Assembly (NCBI GenBank): GCA_041674405.1
Contig: JBAYVT010000002.1
Coordinates: 90,001-122,000, forward strand
Length of the DNA stretch: 32,000 nucleotides
Source: Patescibacteria group bacterium
GTDB lineage: Bacteria; Patescibacteriota; UBA1384; XYA2-FULL-43-10
Direction of reading: 5' to 3'
In this document: piece after piece, positions 1 to 9,024 of the stretch
How the letters are laid out: the number at the start of each line of letters is the position of its first letter
Numbering within the stretch: the first letter of the stretch is position 1
Translations under genes and position numbers: made by a program
The notes under the pieces: model-generated
Told to the model about the DNA's origin: nothing
The model's input: only the letters and a program-made list of their open reading frames with translations
The model's database searches: none

Positions 1-1124
1 ACCTCGACACCTTCTTTTGCTTCGATTGCCTGGTGCAGGCCCTCGGAGTATCTGCGGCCGATCATAAGCCGTCCAGTAAACTCATCAACAATGATAATTT
101 CACCTTCTCGAACCACGTAATCTCGATCACGCTTGAACAGGGCATGCGCCTTCAGTGCTTGCTCGAGATGATGGACCATGTTGCCACCGGAAACCTCATA
201 TATATTCTCAACACCTAGCATCTTTTCCATTTTACGAATGCCTTCGTCGGTAAGATAAACTGATTTCTCCTTTTCTTGAACCGTATAATCCTCGCTTTCG
301 GATAAACGCGGCACGAGTGATGCAAATTGGGCGTACATGCTGCCAGATTCTTCGGCCGCTGCCGAAATAATAAGCGGAGTACGCGCTTCATCAATCAAAA
401 TCGAGTCCACCTCATCGACGATGGCAAAATAAAGTTCGCGTTGGACACAGGCTTCCACGCTCGGTGCCATGTTATCACGCAAATAATCAAAACCGAATTC
501 ATTGTTCGTGCCATAGGTGACGTCGCAAGCATAGGCCTCCTTGCGGCTACAAGGAGTAAGGTTTGATCCATCACATTCGGAGTAGTGCTTGTAGGACTTA
601 GTCTTTTCAAATCTGTAGGTCTCTTGATTACTTTGGATCACACCGACGGTCATCCCAAGAAAATTATAAACCTCTCCCATACCCTCACCGTTAAATTTTG
701 AGAGATAATCGTTGACCGTAACCAAATGAACACCGCGCCCAGTGAGAGCATTTAGATAGAGAGGTAGGGTTGCAACAATAGTTTTTCCCTCTCCGGTTTT
801 CATCTCTGCGATATTGCCTTCGTGAAGTACCAACCCACCGATAATTTGAACGTCAAATTGGCGCTCATTCCAGACGCGCTTGGTCGCTTCGCGGACAATA
901 GCAAAAGCCTCGGGAGTGATTTCTTCGAGAATTTCCTTCTCTCTTTCTAAATCACCGCCTGCTTCCGCCAACCGTAATTTGAGTTCGGCAGTTTTGTCCC
1001 TCAGCTCCTTGTCAGTCAGTTTCTGAAACTCAGCTTCAAGATCGGAGATTCTATCAACCTTCGCTCGGAGCTTCCGGATAACCTTTTGATATGAATTCCC
1101 AACCAATTTATCTAAAAACGACAT
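1..1124 (-). CDS. secA: Preprotein translocase ATPase SecA, N-terminal ~374 codons (rest of gene off-window to the left)
   Basis: Absent from the ORF track because its stop is off-window. My reverse-complement translation from the ATG at 1124-1122 reads [19 protein letters not shown]...[53 protein letters not shown]...[17 protein letters not shown]...[21 protein letters not shown]. The frame stays open to position 1. Walker A (MKTGEGKT) and the DEVD box are typical of SecA NBD1. Confidence 0.9.
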   Translation of the reverse strand, partial: MSFLDKLVGNSYQKVIRKLRAKVDRISDLEAEFQKLTDKELRDKTAELKLRLAEAGGDLEREKEILEEITPEAFAIVREATKRVWNERQFDVQIIGGLVLHEGNIAEMKTGEGKTIVATLPLYLNALTGRGVHLVTVNDYLSKFNGEGMGEVYNFLGMTVGVIQSNQETYRFEKTKSYKHYSECDGSNLTPCSRKEAYACDVTYGTNNEFGFDYLRDNMAPSVEACVQRELYFAIVDEVDSILIDEARTPLIISAAAEESGSMYAQFASLVPRLSESEDYTVQEKEKSVYLTDEGIRKMEKMLGVENIYEVSGGNMVHHLEQALKAHALFKRDRDYVVREGEIIIVDEFTGRLMIGRRYSEGLHQAIEAKEGVE

Positions 1125-1211
1125 AACTCTCCATCTTTTTATGTCTGGCTTTAACTCAAAGAATACCACGATTCGAGCGTAAAAACAATCAATAGCACGA
1201 TTAAATTTAAG

Positions 1212-1607
1212 CTACTTCTTCCTTCTTCTTGGGACCAATCTGCCTACAGAGCCGACGGCGTTGATAATGCCTTTGATTCTGTTTCCTTCTCGATCTTCTT
1301 TTTCCCTGCGGATTCGGCCATATCGGCGAAGACGGCGCTCAAACGATTTAAAGGCAAACCCGAATGCGCGCATCAAGCGGTCGTCGATTTCTTTGATAAA
1401 AATTTCTTCTTTTGGGAGTGCTGCTTTGATAGATACAGATTGGTCAATCCCGCCTTTCTCCGGACCAGATTCGTCCGTAAGTGTCACGATCACATCTACC
1501 GGGCTGAATGCTTTGACATACTTTTTCAGCTGCAACACTTTTTTCTCAATGAGCGCTTTCTGCTTAGACGTTACAATCACCCCTTTGGTATGTACCGTTA
1601 CGTTCAT
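1212..1607 (-). CDS. hpf: Ribosome hibernation promoting factor / RaiA family (S30AE) with basic C-terminal tail
   Basis: Track ORF 1212..1619. The ATG at 1607 is preceded by GGGAGA, which overlaps the track's TTG start. MNVTVHTKGVIVTSKQKALIEKKV... fits the HPF/YfiA fold pattern. An hpf gene directly upstream of secA is a common arrangement. Confidence 0.8.
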   Translation of the reverse strand: MNVTVHTKGVIVTSKQKALIEKKVLQLKKYVKAFSPVDVIVTLTDESGPEKGGIDQSVSIKAALPKEEIFIKEIDDRLMRAFGFAFKSFERRLRRYGRIRREKEDREGNRIKGIINAVGSVGRLVPRRRKK

Positions 1608-1705
1608 GGATTCTCCCAAAAATTAGTTTTTAATTTTTAACTAATTCTATTATCTTATAGTAAACTTAATTAATACTGAATTAACAATAGAGTAATCGCC
1701 GAAAT

Positions 1706-2965
1706 CTAGCGCTTAATTTCAGAAAAACCGCAGTATTTTTTAAGAACTTCCGGAACTTTGATCGAGCCATCTTTCTGTTGATAATTTTCCATGATAGCGA
1801 TAAGAGCCCGCCCAATAGCAAGAGCGGTTCCATTAAGGGTGTGTAACACTTCTACTTTGCCGTCTTTATCGCGATAACGGATGTTTAACCTGCGGGCTTG
1901 GAAATCAGTGCAGTTTGAGCAAGAATGGGTCTCGCGGTAGTTGTTCTCTCCCGGCATCCAGGATTCGACATCAAATTTTTTCGCCGCCGGCGCACCGAGA
2001 TCACCTGCACAAATATTGGCAATCTGATAAGGAATTTTCAATCCTTGCATGATTTTTTCCTCAATGGAAACGAGGTATTCATGCTCCTTTTTCGAATCTT
2101 TTGGCAAAGCAAACGAAAACATTTCAATTTTGTCGAATTGGTGGACTCGTAAAATGCCGCGGACATCCTTCCCGTGACTCCCGGCCTCACGCCTAAAGCA
2201 GGTTGAGAAACCGACGTAGCGAATTGGCAAGTCTTTGGAATCGATAATTTCGTTGGCATGATAGCCTGCAAGGGGCTGTTCAGCCGTACCAGCAAGATAT
2301 GTATCATCCTGAGTTCGATAAATTTCATCTTCGCCGCCGGGAATATAACCGGCGCCTTCCATGATTGAACGATTTAGAAGAACCGGTGGTAACATCGGAG
2401 TGAACTTTTCTTTGGTCAAAATTTCCATCACATACTGAATCAAGGCAAATTCAAGCGCAACTAGTTCATTTTTCAAAAAATAAAATCGGGAACCGGAAAT
2501 TTTTGCCGCTCTTTCTGTATCAATCAAATCTAATTTATCGCCAAGAGCAACATGGTCAAGTGGCTTAAAATCAAATTTGGTTGGCTCACCCCATTTGCGA
2601 TTGACCGTATTGTCTTTGTCCGATTCGCCATCGATTACGTCATCTTCCGGAGGGTTTGGGACATCAAGCATAATTTTCTTAAATTCGGCCTCGGCTGCTT
2701 CGGCTTCCGGCTTGAGTTTTTTGACTTTATCAGAATAAATACTGGCGTCGTTTACCGCGTCAATCTTCTGTTGGCCATGAAGCTCAGAAATGTCCTTGGA
2801 TCGGCGCTTGAGCTCAGATTGGGCTGATTCCAGCTCCGATAATACCCGGCGGCGGTTCCTGTCAATCATTATAAGCTCTTCGATGATTTTCGGATTCGCA
2901 CCTTTGCGCGCAATTTTTTTCTTGATCTCTTCCGGATTCTCCCGGATCAGCTTAATGTCTAACAT
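1706..2965 (-). CDS. serS: Seryl-tRNA synthetase
   Basis: 419 aa. N-terminal coiled-coil arm (MLDIKLIRENPEEIKKKI...). Class II motifs FRREAGSHGKDVRGILRVHQFDKIE and GTALAIGRALIAIMENYQ. Confidence 0.95.
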   Translation of the reverse strand: MLDIKLIRENPEEIKKKIARKGANPKIIEELIMIDRNRRRVLSELESAQSELKRRSKDISELHGQQKIDAVNDASIYSDKVKKLKPEAEAAEAEFKKIMLDVPNPPEDDVIDGESDKDNTVNRKWGEPTKFDFKPLDHVALGDKLDLIDTERAAKISGSRFYFLKNELVALEFALIQYVMEILTKEKFTPMLPPVLLNRSIMEGAGYIPGGEDEIYRTQDDTYLAGTAEQPLAGYHANEIIDSKDLPIRYVGFSTCFRREAGSHGKDVRGILRVHQFDKIEMFSFALPKDSKKEHEYLVSIEEKIMQGLKIPYQIANICAGDLGAPAAKKFDVESWMPGENNYRETHSCSNCTDFQARRLNIRYRDKDGKVEVLHTLNGTALAIGRALIAIMENYQQKDGSIKVPEVLKKYCGFSEIKR

Positions 2966-2974
2966 AATTTCTTC

Positions 2975-3214
2975 CTATTCTTGGCCTATTAAATTCTTTC
3001 GACTTATTTTGATTTCATTATCTTCAATTAGCAGTTTGCCATCATGCAATTTAATCAGTAAGGGAACCACCCCACATTGCCGACACTTTCCCCAACCGCA
3101 CCCATCACCATTTTCGGCTGACAATTTCTGACAGAGACTGATTTCCCGATTGAAAACTTCATCATTGATAATCCCCGCTTTAAGCCCCGTTTGACAAGTC
3201 AATTCATTTTTCAC
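2975..3214 (-). CDS. Small cysteine-rich protein (C-x4-C-x2-C motif), putative metal/Fe-S binding, function unknown
   Basis: 79 codons. GTG start 2 nt after the lysS stop; ends 9 nt before the serS start. Motif GCGWGKCRQCG plus Cys7 and Cys28. Confidence 0.5.
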   Translation of the reverse strand: MKNELTCQTGLKAGIINDEVFNREISLCQKLSAENGDGCGWGKCRQCGVVPLLIKLHDGKLLIEDNEIKISRKNLIGQE

Positions 3215-3216
3215 AT

Positions 3217-5028
3217 TTATCCTATTAGCTTAAAGGCTTTGGAAATTTCTTCAACTTCTTTGCGCTCACCGAAAATTAGAACGCCCAAAAATTCAATTTC
3301 ATTCTCATTTTTCGATGCGGTGATCTCGGAAATTTTTTTATCGTTGGTCGAATCCAGCATTTCGCGAGTAAAAACATATGATAATTGCTTTCTTGCTCTC
3401 GCGGTTTCCAAAAGGTCAACCAACTCTTCGCTATTGCCAGCACCCTTAATGACTATGGCGTGTTTAGGATTTAATGGAAGCGATTTTCCGTCTTTTGTCT
3501 CAATCGAATTTGTTGTAAAAATCTCTTTACCAACCCTCCCCGCAAATGAAGCTGATAAATGTGCAATCGTGTTCATTTCTTGCCACTCGTTCATGCCTGC
3601 ATTTTTGTTCAAAACAACAATGGCTAGTTTATTTTCGGTGGATTTAACAAGCTCCGGTCGCATAAATGGGAAAAACAAAACTTCGCGCAATGTTTGAGAT
3701 GAAGTTAATACGCGCACAAATCGATCGATTCCCATGCCCCAGCCAGCTGCTGGCGGCATACCGTATTCAATAGCTTTCAAGAAATCTTCATCGAGCTCCT
3801 GTGCTTCCTCGTCACCTTTTTCCCGAAGTTTCATCTGATCCTCAAATCTTTTGCGCTGGTCAACCGGATCATTGAGCTCCGAAAACGCCTTCAGAAGTTC
3901 CAAACCGCCAATAACAAGCTGAAAAGAATCGACGACATCAGGATTTTCTTCATTTCTCTTGGCCAGAGGAATAAGATCGGTCGGGTGATTCGTCACAAAT
4001 GTTGGCTCAATCAATTTCATCAACCCTTCCTTGAAAGCCTCGTCGGTATTTTTACCCCCTGTCAATTCTTTGAAAGTAATTTTCTTAAATGGTTTTGAAA
4101 AATCAATTTTATTGCCATAAATATCAAGCTCAAGCTTGCCATTGTTTATGGATTTTATGACATGGCGGATCAATTCCTCGGTCAGATCCATCAATTTTTC
4201 ATAATCCGAATAAGCCCAGTAAAATTCTAGGTTTGTAAATTCCGGATTATGCGTGGCATCCACACCTTCGTTTCGAAAACAGCGTGCAAATTCAAATACT
4301 TTTTCGAATCCGCCTACCAACAGGCGTTTTAGATATAACTCCGGAGCAATTCGAAGAAAAACATCCCGATCGTACGCATTGTAATGCGTAACAAAAGGCT
4401 TCGCTGAAGCACCACCGGCAATCGGCTGAAGCGTTGGAGTATCAACTTCCAAAAAACCCTTTTCAACCAAAAATTCACGAATCGAAGAAATTACTTTTGA
4501 ACGAATATAAAACTTATCTTTGACATCCTGATTTATCGCAAGATCAAGATATCTCTCGCGGTATCGGGTTTCTGTATCTTTAAGCCCATAAAAACTTTCC
4601 GGAAAGGGACGTATTGCCTTGGTTAGAATTTTTGTCTTTTTGACTTCTACTGATAATTCTCCCGCATTGGTTAGAAACAAACTTCCCGAAACTTCAACAA
4701 TGTCACCAAGATCATACAAGGAAACAAGTTTGAACTCCTCGGAAGACAAATTGTCAGCCTTGAAAACTGCCTGAATTTTTCCGCTTTCATCTGAAATATC
4801 GGAAAAAATTAATTTGCCATGTCCGCGCAAGCCGGTAATTCTCCCTGCTACGGAAATTTCTTGATGCGAGGAAAGAAGTTCCTCTTTAATTTCCCTAATT
4901 CGTGAATTGTAGTATGATTTTTTTGATTTTTCAGGATAGGCAAGAAAACCGAGATCTTCGATCTTTTTTATTTTTTTGATTCTTTCTGTAATAATTTCAC
5001 GCTCGGTCGCCCCGATTTCTTTTGCCAT
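3217..5028 (-). CDS. lysS: Lysyl-tRNA synthetase (class II) with ~145-aa C-terminal DUF2000/PTH2-like extension
   Basis: 603 aa. OB anticodon-binding domain plus class II core (FRNEGVDATHNPEFTNLEFYWAY; GMGIDRFV...LFFPFMRP). A further ~145 residues follow the normal C-terminus (KLAIVVLNKNAGMNEWQEMNTIAHLSASFAG...FLGVLIFGERKEVEEISKAFKLIG). Confidence 0.9.
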   Translation of the reverse strand: MAKEIGATEREIITERIKKIKKIEDLGFLAYPEKSKKSYYNSRIREIKEELLSSHQEISVAGRITGLRGHGKLIFSDISDESGKIQAVFKADNLSSEEFKLVSLYDLGDIVEVSGSLFLTNAGELSVEVKKTKILTKAIRPFPESFYGLKDTETRYRERYLDLAINQDVKDKFYIRSKVISSIREFLVEKGFLEVDTPTLQPIAGGASAKPFVTHYNAYDRDVFLRIAPELYLKRLLVGGFEKVFEFARCFRNEGVDATHNPEFTNLEFYWAYSDYEKLMDLTEELIRHVIKSINNGKLELDIYGNKIDFSKPFKKITFKELTGGKNTDEAFKEGLMKLIEPTFVTNHPTDLIPLAKRNEENPDVVDSFQLVIGGLELLKAFSELNDPVDQRKRFEDQMKLREKGDEEAQELDEDFLKAIEYGMPPAAGWGMGIDRFVRVLTSSQTLREVLFFPFMRPELVKSTENKLAIVVLNKNAGMNEWQEMNTIAHLSASFAGRVGKEIFTTNSIETKDGKSLPLNPKHAIVIKGAGNSEELVDLLETARARKQLSYVFTREMLDSTNDKKISEITASKNENEIEFLGVLIFGERKEVEEISKAFKLIG

Positions 5029-5108
5029 GATTGTTCCTGATATGGTTTTAATTTAAAAAATTGTTACTTTGAATCCCTCTTTTATTTTATACCACAATAT
5101 TGAGTCTG

Positions 5109-5149
5109 ATTAAACAAAAATCTCTCGCAGTGAGAGATTTTTGTTTAAT
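5109..5149. terminator. Bidirectional intrinsic terminator (18-bp perfect stem, 5-nt loop) between greA and lysS
   Basis: attaaacaaaaatctctc-gcagt-gagagatttttgtttaat. On the minus strand the GAGAGA core stem is followed by TTTTTGTTT. Confidence 0.75.
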
Positions 5150-5165
5150 ATATTTTTCAAAAAGC

Positions 5166-5627
5166 CTATTTAATTTCAACTACCTTATATGACCTCTCGC
5201 CGGCCGGGGTTTGGACTTTCACACTCTCTCCCACTTTACTACCGATAAGTGCCCGCCCAATGGGTGAATCCGATGAAATCTTTCCGTTTGAAGGATCAGA
5301 TTCGTCGCTACCGACAATTTCAAAATTAATCTCATTACCATCAGAGGTCAGGGTTACAGCACAACCAACAGCAACCACCCCGTTCTTGTAACATTTTTCG
5401 ATTATTTTTGCGTGCTTAATTTTATATTTGAGCTCGGCTGCGCGCCCTGCTAAAAATGACTGCTGTTCTTTCGCTTCATGATATTCGGCATTCTCCGATA
5501 AATCGCCAAGATCGCGCGCATCAGCAATTTTTTGCGCAATTTCTTTAAGCTTAATATTTTCAATACCAGAAAGCTCAGATTTTAATTTTTCCAAGCCCCC
5601 TGGCGTAAGGTAAATTTCTTTTTCCAT
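5166..5627 (-). CDS. greA: Transcription elongation factor GreA
   Basis: Track ORF 5166..5669. The ATG at 5627 (MEKEIYLTPGG...) is preceded by GGGAGAA. Contains the GDLSENAEYHEAKEQQ motif. Confidence 0.9.
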   Translation of the reverse strand: MEKEIYLTPGGLEKLKSELSGIENIKLKEIAQKIADARDLGDLSENAEYHEAKEQQSFLAGRAAELKYKIKHAKIIEKCYKNGVVAVGCAVTLTSDGNEINFEIVGSDESDPSNGKISSDSPIGRALIGSKVGESVKVQTPAGERSYKVVEIK

Positions 5628-5750
5628 CGGTTCTCCCTTGTTAACCTTTGTAATTTTACCAGAATTCAATCACATTTTTAAGATAGTGATAAACAGAATC
5701 CCGCTGGTTAGGACGGGACAATATGAGCTATCTTTCTGTTTAGTTTTTTC

Positions 5751-5779
5751 ATAATATGCGAACTTTGATTGTATGTCAA
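5751..5779 (-). promoter_or_regulatory. Sigma70-type promoter for greA (TTGACA-N17-TATTAT)
   Basis: Minus strand reads ttgaca-tacaatcaaagttcgca-tattat (-35 at 5779..5774, -10 at 5756..5751). It lies about 120 nt upstream of the greA ATG. Confidence 0.5.
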
Positions 5780-5821
5780 TAGATAGTAATGTTTCGCAAA
5801 AATAATTCTTATCTTAAAAGA

Positions 5822-7753
5822 TTATCTCGTAAAATAATAATTTAGAATATTCTTTGCGACCGGAGCGGATACCTCATTTCCACCTCCTCCACCTTCTATC
5901 AAAACTATCAGGGCAATCGAGGGATTATCATATGGGGCATAACACTCAAACCAAGCATGAGTCTTCTGGTTTCCAAAAAATTGCGCTGTTCCAGTTTTTC
6001 CGGCAACAGCAACAGGAAAATTCGAACCAAATACGCTTGTTGCCGATCCTCCGGTGATAGTCATTCGCATGCCTTCCTGAACCGCTTTAATTACACTTAG
6101 GGGTGCAACTTGAGGATTTTCCACACGTGGGCTAAATTCTTTAACAACATTACCTGACGGATCAGTAATTTTTTGTACGAATTGCGGATGAAGTAATTTT
6201 CCACCATTCGCAATAGTGGCTGTGGCCCTGGCCATTTGAATCGGCGTTACCAATAAATCGCCCTGCCCGATTGCTGCATGATATGTATCGCCAATATACC
6301 AATCTTCTCCTTTAGTTTTTTGCTTCCAGGCTTCATCCGGCAAAAGCCCGCTTGCTTCTGATGGCAAATCAATTCCCGTTTCTTCACCTAAGCCAAATTT
6401 CTGCCACCAAAATTTCATTGTATCAATCCCAAGGCCCTTAATTTTGTCGAAACCACCTCCGATAGCATAGAAAAATATATTGTTTGATTCTGCAATCGCG
6501 CGGATTATATTTGTTACCCCATGGTCTTTCCAGTCGGGAAAATTCCATTCTCCAATTGTAATTGCTGGTGGAGTGTCAAAAGATGTATTTACATTGATCG
6601 AGCCCTCCGCAAGGCCAGCCGATGCCATCACAATTTTAATAATCGAACCGGGGGGATAAATGCCATTTACTGCGCGGTCCAAAAGTGGTTTTGCCGGATC
6701 GTTTAATAGATTTTGATAATCAGAATTAGATATGCCATTTACAAACAAATTATTATCGTAATATGGTACCGAAACATACGACAGGATTGCTCCATTTTGG
6801 GGATTCATTGCAATCACTACCCCGGAATCGATGTTTGTGTTTCCGGTATTTTGCTTGGCTTGCTCGATTCCTTGCATTAGAAATTCATAAGATTTCTGCT
6901 GAAGGCCAGAGTCCAGAAACAGCTGTACATTATCGCCAGAGACCGGTTCCCTGTTATCACTATCAACCAGCACGCGGTTGATCCGGCCTGTCGAATCAAC
7001 CTCGATTTGTTCCACACCATTTTTACCTTTCAAATACTCATCATATGTTTTTTCAATTCCTGCTTTGCCTGTCCAGTCTGAATTCAAATATTCCGGATGA
7101 TCCAAAAGATCATCAGAAGATACCTTTCCCGTATAACCTAAAATATGAGATAAACCTGGCAAATTAACATAATTTCGCGAAGCGCGCTGGGCAACAAAGG
7201 CTCCTTCAAGACCAGCCACTTTTTGTTCATCAATTAGCGCCTCCTCTCTCCCAAGATTTTGTTTGATTACCACTTCATCCAAAGACAAAAGACCATTTCC
7301 CTCAGATGTTTTTTTGATCGAATCCTTGTCTACTCCGGAAATTTCTGCAAGTTTTGCATATACCTTGTCCCGATCATCCTGTTTTTTCGGCAAGTCAGAA
7401 GGGTACACAGCCAAATCGAAAGTAGGCACGTTTTTTGCAAGTGGATTGCCGCTGGAATCAGTTACAAGACCCCTTGTCGCGGAAATAACCCGAGGACGGA
7501 TTCTGTTCCCCTCTGCTAAACCCATGAGCGATTTGCCTTGGACAATCTGAGATAAAAATAACTTTGATGCGATTATTAAGAAAATTCCGATCGTGACTAT
7601 TTTTAAAATTGTCAATCTTGGCCTGGTCGTTTCTAAGTTCAGCGACCCGATTTCATTTTCTTCTACCAAAGAAAATTCAGGCTCATCTTTGATCTCAACC
7701 CTACGAACATTCTTATCCCCTTTGAGATTTGAGGCATTACCAAATATGTCCAT
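5822..7753 (-). CDS. mrdA: Penicillin-binding protein 2 (elongasome transpeptidase)
   Basis: 643 aa with an N-terminal TM segment. Transpeptidase motifs SIIK (SxxK), SNN (SxN) and KTGTA. Its start overlaps the mreD stop (TGATG). Confidence 0.9.
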   Translation of the reverse strand: MDIFGNASNLKGDKNVRRVEIKDEPEFSLVEENEIGSLNLETTRPRLTILKIVTIGIFLIIASKLFLSQIVQGKSLMGLAEGNRIRPRVISATRGLVTDSSGNPLAKNVPTFDLAVYPSDLPKKQDDRDKVYAKLAEISGVDKDSIKKTSEGNGLLSLDEVVIKQNLGREEALIDEQKVAGLEGAFVAQRASRNYVNLPGLSHILGYTGKVSSDDLLDHPEYLNSDWTGKAGIEKTYDEYLKGKNGVEQIEVDSTGRINRVLVDSDNREPVSGDNVQLFLDSGLQQKSYEFLMQGIEQAKQNTGNTNIDSGVVIAMNPQNGAILSYVSVPYYDNNLFVNGISNSDYQNLLNDPAKPLLDRAVNGIYPPGSIIKIVMASAGLAEGSINVNTSFDTPPAITIGEWNFPDWKDHGVTNIIRAIAESNNIFFYAIGGGFDKIKGLGIDTMKFWWQKFGLGEETGIDLPSEASGLLPDEAWKQKTKGEDWYIGDTYHAAIGQGDLLVTPIQMARATATIANGGKLLHPQFVQKITDPSGNVVKEFSPRVENPQVAPLSVIKAVQEGMRMTITGGSATSVFGSNFPVAVAGKTGTAQFFGNQKTHAWFECYAPYDNPSIALIVLIEGGGGGNEVSAPVAKNILNYYFTR

Positions 7754-8241
7754 CAGTCTTTAACCAGTTTTAATTTTTGGGCTACTATTTTTGCTATTGA
7801 GAAAACAACAATGCCCGCAAGAGAATTCACTACTATAAAAGTAAGTGCAGATAGAAATGATTGAATTGAAAAATTTAATTCCAGGATTATCAAAAGGATT
7901 TGAAAAACTGCACATGAGCCAACAATAATGAACAAGAATGAGAAATACGTCAAATCAAATCTGATTTTTTGCCTAAGATAAAAAATTAGAAGGGGAATAA
8001 TTATAAATAAAATGAGGATGTATTGAATCGGAACAGAAGACAACCCGGCGTAAAACAAGACCGCAAATGACGCAAAGATAATTGAATAATATTTAAGATC
8101 CAACGCCGCAAGAATGAGTTGGATTATAAAGACAAGAAGAATTGACGAGCCAGCGACAGAGAGAAAAGAAAAATACGAAATATCAAGAAGTGTTGCTATC
8201 AGTGCTGTGATACCCAAAAAAATGTAAGTAAGTATCGTCAT
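7753..8241 (-). CDS. mreD: Rod shape-determining protein MreD (polytopic membrane protein)
   Basis: 162 aa and highly hydrophobic (about 5 TM segments). Positioned between mreC and mrdA with ATGA/TGATG overlaps. The call rests on position and topology. Confidence 0.7.
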   Translation of the reverse strand: MTILTYIFLGITALIATLLDISYFSFLSVAGSSILLVFIIQLILAALDLKYYSIIFASFAVLFYAGLSSVPIQYILILFIIIPLLIFYLRQKIRFDLTYFSFLFIIVGSCAVFQILLIILELNFSIQSFLSALTFIVVNSLAGIVVFSIAKIVAQKLKLVKD

Positions 8242-9017
8242 TTGTATACAAACACTATTTCTAATTTCGAAAAATCAACAATCGGTTGTACGCTCAATGT
8301 CTTGAAAATGTCTGCGCTGCCAGAGGTAGCTCCATAAACAGAGCCAATCATGAGCCCTTGTTCTAAATCCCCACCCAAACCGGATGTTATAACCATCTCA
8401 CCCTTATTGGTCGCAATATCTTGGGGAATGTTGTCAAGAGAAAGTCCCGCCAAACCGCCCGTGAGGATCCCTACCTCGCGTGAATCTTGCAACATTGCCT
8501 GCACTATCGAATCCTTTGAGGTTATTAACATTACTTTTGAACTTTTAGCATTGACTTCGGATACTTTTCCAACCAGGGCACCATCAGTAATTATCGCGAG
8601 GCCCAAACCTACACCGTCATCGCTGCCTTTATCGATAACAATGTAATCCAGCGCAGATATTGGATCCCTGCCGATAATTTTTGCCGGGATAAGCTCTCGA
8701 TTTTGATGCGCTTCAACAAACCCAAGTTGTTTTTTTAACGTTTCGTTCTCAATCTTAAGTTCATTTAGTTCGTTTTTATCAATTTCTGCCTGAGAAAGTT
8801 TGTTGGTTAATTCTGCATTAATCTTTTTGAGATCAGAAATTTCACTTATTCCATGAAACAAGCCTCGCGTTGCAAAAGAAGAATGCGAAATTGCTCCAAT
8901 CATCGGGGAAAATACATACGAAAACGAAACACTGATCTTTTTTCGTGTAAATGGAACAATGGCAAGAAGAATTACCAGCGCCGCAACAAACACTAAAATG
9001 TTTTTATTCCTCCTCAT
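8238..9017 (-). CDS. mreC: Rod shape-determining protein MreC
   Basis: 259 aa. N-terminal TM segment, coiled coil (INAELTNKLSQAEIDKNELNELKIENETLKKQL), then beta-domains with DGALVGKVSEV. Lies directly downstream of mreB. Confidence 0.85.
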   Translation of the reverse strand: MRRNKNILVFVAALVILLAIVPFTRKKISVSFSYVFSPMIGAISHSSFATRGLFHGISEISDLKKINAELTNKLSQAEIDKNELNELKIENETLKKQLGFVEAHQNRELIPAKIIGRDPISALDYIVIDKGSDDGVGLGLAIITDGALVGKVSEVNAKSSKVMLITSKDSIVQAMLQDSREVGILTGGLAGLSLDNIPQDIATNKGEMVITSGLGGDLEQGLMIGSVYGATSGSADIFKTLSVQPIVDFSKLEIVFVYK

Positions 9018-9024
9018 AAACCCT

